64,000 nt of DNA, from the IMG/VR virus record IMGVR_UViG_3300044627_003892. One strand, 5' to 3'. Shown here one piece after another: positions 61,023 through 64,000 of the stretch (position 1 is the stretch's first letter; the number at the start of each line of letters is the position of its first letter). This DNA comes from a virus (Duplodnaviria; Caudoviricetes). The notes under the pieces were generated by a model that did no database searches, had not been told where the DNA came from, and saw only the letters and a list, made by a program, of their open reading frames with translations. The translations under genes and the position numbers were made by a program.

Positions 61023-61211
61023 CAATCAGAACAGGATTCGAACCTGTATGATGTATTTCCCTTACATCTCGGAATTAAGAGTATCATAGAAACAACTTAA
61101 TCCTACTAACTTACTTGTTGCGTCTACCAAGTTAACATTGACCCCGTAGTGGATTCTAACCACGCTATTTTTACATCTAGAACGGGGTTGTTAACATTCC
61201 GCCACCTGACT
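61023..61211 (-). ncRNA. tRNA-Leu-scaffold RNA with large central insert and nested D-loop insertion
   Basis: agtcagg..GGCGGAA^..TTGGTAGACGCA..(~70 nt)..acagg-TTCGAAT-cctgt-tctgatt. Confidence 0.6.
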
Positions 61212-61276
61212 ATTTTTTTTCTCCCCATATTAACCATCCTATGATGATTCCAATTACAATACCTGATACCATATCC

Positions 61277-61594
61277 TTATCGTTTTGTTATTTCTTTATA
61301 GTTAGAAACAAGTTTATCCAAAAAATTTACCAACTCTTCATTAGACATATCACCCATCCAATATTCGTCAGGTATTGATGTCACATCATCTCCCTTTGCT
61401 GATATGGAAATTCCATTGATTTCACCAATCATTCTTGAAACACATTGGTGAGGACCATCCTCAACTTCAATATAACCATTTGGGAATGTTATACCCCATC
61501 CTGTTGATCCGTCAACATATAATTCATATATCCCAAGGTTGCATGACTTATACAAAAATTCACTTTTAAAAGGTGTTTCAAGTGTGTTATTCAT
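61277..61594 (-). CDS. hypothetical protein
   Basis: 105-aa ORF after a caaagata promoter motif. Confidence 0.55.
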   Translation of the reverse strand: MNNTLETPFKSEFLYKSCNLGIYELYVDGSTGWGITFPNGYIEVEDGPHQCVSRMIGEINGISISAKGDDVTSIPDEYWMGDMSNEELVNFLDKLVSNYKEITKR

Positions 61595-61650
61595 TTGACA
61601 AAGATATGAATACTTTTCCGATATTCCTAATCTTTTTTGATGTTTTTTAG

Positions 61651-61733
61651 TACTCGGAGCGGGAATCGAACCCGCACTCCCTATGGGAACATCATTTTAA
61701 GTGATGCGTGTCTACCTGTTCCACCATCCAAGC
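61651..61733 (-). tRNA. tRNA-Leu(TAA)
   Basis: catca-ctTAAaa-tgatg, long variable arm. Confidence 0.88.
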
Positions 61734-61771
61734 GTTTAATCATTAACAATACGTAAAAGAACTTTGTTTTG

Positions 61772-61844
61772 CGGTCCCAACGGGATTCGAACCCGTACCT
61801 CGCACCGTGACAGGGTGGTATTGTAGCCATTCAACCATGGGACC
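61772..61844 (-). tRNA. tRNA-Asp(GTC)
   Basis: cacc-ctGTCac-ggtg, G73 discriminator. Confidence 0.85.
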
Positions 61845-61920
61845 AAGTTTATCAGTCTTTCCTGATCGTCACCTCTAACCCACAGGTATGAACCCGTATT
61901 GTAGTGAAGCTTGGTTTGCT

Positions 61921-62177
61921 CCTCACCTGAGATCTCAGTGAGTAGATTTTAACGGGTTTCTCTAACTATTTCGAGAACCATATCCCCTTCTGCCTTTCGC
62001 TCAGTCGGTCTTTTTCATTAGTGTCTTACCACATAAAAACCTGTCAATCCTTTACGTCGGAGCTGCGGATACGCTTCACTTTAACCCGAATCGATACCTC
62101 ATTAAGGTCGAGGATTTTTTTACCACCACTACTTTTTTACAGAATGTAGCCAATCTTGCTGAGGATCTCTCACTCAT
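61921..62177 (-). ncRNA. unidentified structured RNA, copy 2 (257 nt)
   Basis: Paralog of 60764-61020; starts just 3' of tRNA-Glu. Confidence 0.6.
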
Positions 62178-62179
62178 TG

Positions 62180-62251
62180 TAGTCGGTACGGGATTCGAAC
62201 CCGTGTGACAAGAATGAAAATCTTGTATCCTAACCCCTAGATGAACCGACC
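62180..62251 (-). tRNA. tRNA-Glu(TTC)
   Basis: caaga-ttTTCat-tcttg. Confidence 0.85.
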
Positions 62252-62258
62252 ATCTATG

Positions 62259-62328
62259 TGGACACTGTGGGAATCGAACCCAAACGATCTGATTGCAAAT
62301 CAGTCTACCTGCCGTTGGCATCAGGCCC
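62259..62328 (-). tRNA. tRNA-Ala(TGC)
   Basis: ctga-ttTGCaa-tcag; G3:U70 present, acceptor stem imperfect. Confidence 0.65.
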
Positions 62329-62333
62329 ATTTG

Positions 62334-62406
62334 AGCGGGAGAGGGGACTCGAACCCCCAACAACCAGTTTGGAAGACTGGAACTCTACCAATTGAGCTAC
62401 TCCCGC
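62334..62406 (-). tRNA. tRNA-Gly(TCC)
   Basis: ccagt-ctTCCaa-actgg, U73 discriminator. Confidence 0.9.
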
Positions 62407-62621
62407 AATTGTGACTACTCCTTGGGAAGTTTCGTCACGTTTTACGTGAATGGGGTGATCAAACCTACTTACATCACGGTTGTAAGTTTATACGTTAAAC
62501 TATCAACATAAAACGTCAGTTTTTAACGACCAAAACTGAATAAACGGCTTATCTCTTTGGAACCCCTTTTAAAGTGTGTGTCCCTACCATCATAAGCTGA
62601 TCCCTACTGTTAACACTCCCG

Positions 62622-62702
62622 TACTGATGGTTGGATTCGAACCAACGTTTGCAACTTACCTCTACAGGTATGGACGATATAAGCGTCCACTGGTACATCA
62701 GC
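62622..62702 (-). tRNA. atypical D-arm-less tRNA, anticodon TAT (Ile?)
   Basis: Acceptor gctgatg/catcagt, 7-nt linker instead of a D arm, ggacg-ctTATat-cgtcc, extra stem, canonical T arm. Confidence 0.5.
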
Positions 62703-62708
62703 ATTTAG

Positions 62709-62780
62709 TTGCGGGAGAGGGATTCGAACCCCCGACCTCAAGGTTATGAGCCTTGCGAGCTACCACTGCTCTATCCCGCG
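62709..62780 (-). tRNA. tRNA-fMet(CAT)
   Basis: C1:A72 mismatch, caagg-ctCATaa-ccttg. Confidence 0.88.
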
Positions 62781-62785
62781 ATATG

Positions 62786-62901
62786 TAGTCAGGACAGGAT
62801 TCGAACCTGTAATAAGAGAGGTCACTTACCGCTGATGGGACTTATACCATCACCCTCTGTATTGCCATACCACGTTGCGTCTACCCTTCCGCCACCTGAC
62901 T
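62786..62901 (-). ncRNA. tRNA-Leu-scaffold RNA with structured central insert
   Basis: agtcaggTGGCGGAAGGGTAGACGCA..(~63 nt)..acaggTTCGAATcctgtcctgact. Confidence 0.6.
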
Positions 62902-62987
62902 ATGTTCCTCGTCTTTCCGAGGTGTCAACTACTTGCATTTTGTTTAATTGCAACAACTCAATGCCAATCCTCTTATAGCCGATTTGG

Positions 62988-63143
62988 TAGTCAGAACAGG
63001 ATTCGAACCTGCACGTACACTTGAATCCTACCTAAATGATGTTCTCCATCAATCTACTGTCATCGTTAATGGATTCAAACCATTCAACTCTTGTAGTATC
63101 GGTTTTTACTTAGTGTAGCGTTTACCAATTTCGCCACCTGACT
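62988..63143 (-). ncRNA. tRNA-Leu-scaffold RNA with ~100-nt central insert
   Basis: agtcaggTGGCGAAATTGGTAAACGC-tacac..gtgta..gcaggTTCGAATcctgttctgact. Confidence 0.6.
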
Positions 63144-63157
63144 ATGTTATTAATCTT

Positions 63158-63179
63158 TCAAAGAACTTCAACAAAGATA
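63158..63179 (-). promoter_or_regulatory. TAnnTTTG promoter + boxA-like element heading the tRNA operon
   Basis: TATCTTTG (63172-63179) then GTTCTTTGA (63158-63166); another GTTCTTTGA at 63231-63239. Confidence 0.5.
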
Positions 63180-63435
63180 TAGCAACTTTTTCATTCTGCC
63201 TAATCTTTTTTAATCTTTTTTACCAATAAATCAAAGAACCTAAAAACAAAAAACCCACCTCTTTTGGAGATGGGTTTGAAATTTATATATGTAAATTATC
63301 ATACCATCTCCATATAGGAACGATCCTCAGCTATCGCCAATCCGCCTAATAATATGATATGTAAATTTTTCATTTGCGTTTTTATTTGTTTTTTATAATT
63401 ATACCACACTTTTAAAAAGTGTCAAGTTTTTTAAA

Positions 63436-63768
63436 TTATTTTTTTCTTTTTAATTTGTCCTCAAGACTTTTTAACTCATTTCTATTACTTGTATAGATCC
63501 CAATTGCTTTATTATTGTCGTCATCATTAGCCCCATGACCTTTTTTAAGGTTACTGTATATTGATCGTGCCATGTTTTCAGCACCTGAAGGAGTTAATAA
63601 GTAATTCGCCAAAGTAATCATCTCGTCATTTCCTTTTTCTGAAAATTCAAATTTGGATAATACGTGATCAATAATTTCACTTATTGATTTTTTTCCTTTA
63701 CTCTCATTAATAGTACGTTTAACAATTCTTGCCAAATCAGATTCTGTTAATCTTACAACTTTTTTCAT
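63436..63768 (-). CDS. MKKVVRLTESDL-leader protein
   Basis: Leader motif; TATTTATA upstream. Confidence 0.7.
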   Translation of the reverse strand: MKKVVRLTESDLARIVKRTINESKGKKSISEIIDHVLSKFEFSEKGNDEMITLANYLLTPSGAENMARSIYSNLKKGHGANDDDNNKAIGIYTSNRNELKSLEDKLKRKK

Positions 63769-63829
63769 AATAATATTTTATTATAAATATATCAAGATAT
63801 GAAAATGTTTATTTAATATTGACCTTTTG

Positions 63830-63910
63830 TACCCTCGGAGAGACTCGAACTCTCACACCCTTCGGCATCAGATTCTAAATCTGACGTGTCTGCCATTCCA
63901 CCACGGGGGC
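63830..63910 (-). tRNA. tRNA-Leu(TAG)
   Basis: tcaga-ttTAGaa-tctga, long variable arm. Confidence 0.88.
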
Positions 63911-64000
63911 ATTTTACCAATTTTTAATTCTTTCTTTTAACACATCAATAGTAATAGAACTATTGTAATTTTTTTTATTGTTTTCTGTATGTATCAATAA

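Noticed and set aside
60281-62978. Short ORFs overlapping the tRNA cluster (60281, 60360, 60506, 60865, 62076, 62709)
   Set aside because: Translations of tRNA/ncRNA sequence (GFEP, VRVP, GSNP patterns), not genes.
1-64000. Stop-codon reassignment as in some huge phages
   Set aside because: Conserved genes (dnaK, thyA, clpP, rfbA, glnII) are intact under the standard code, and no CTA/TCA-anticodon tRNA was found.

Overview
This window reads as part of a large, AT-rich dsDNA phage genome (jumbo/huge-phage style). The host is probably Bacteroidetes: TAnnTTTG promoters recur and a T9SS type-B sorting-domain protein is present. Standard genetic code. It contains dozens of small paralogous genes with conserved N-terminal leader motifs (MNLQE..I.R.LREE, MKYLITESQL, MKK.IRLTESDL). 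Host-derived genes include thyA, GSII, rfbA, dnaK, clpP, an acyl-CoA thioesterase and an LpxH/PlcP-like phosphoesterase next to a GT2. There is also an Rnl1-type RNA-repair module, a two-component signalling cluster, two free-standing endonuclease-like genes and about 17 tRNA genes. The most striking observation is four paralogous genes (3089, 10586, 11208, 11806) whose 3' halves are CRISPR-like arrays read in frame. A 36-bp repeat (GGTGGAAGAGGTATTAAATCATAAGGTATCCACAAC) is separated by 25 unrelated spacers of exactly 30 nt, none carrying an in-frame stop. The repeat boundary is fixed at the nucleotide level and its ends resemble type VI-B (Cas13b) direct repeats. No cas gene is recognisable in the window. 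The tRNA region also holds four tRNA-Leu-scaffold RNAs with large or aberrant central inserts, a duplicated 257-nt structured RNA showing covariation, and a D-arm-less tRNA with a UAU anticodon. All calls were made by eye; no database searches were run.
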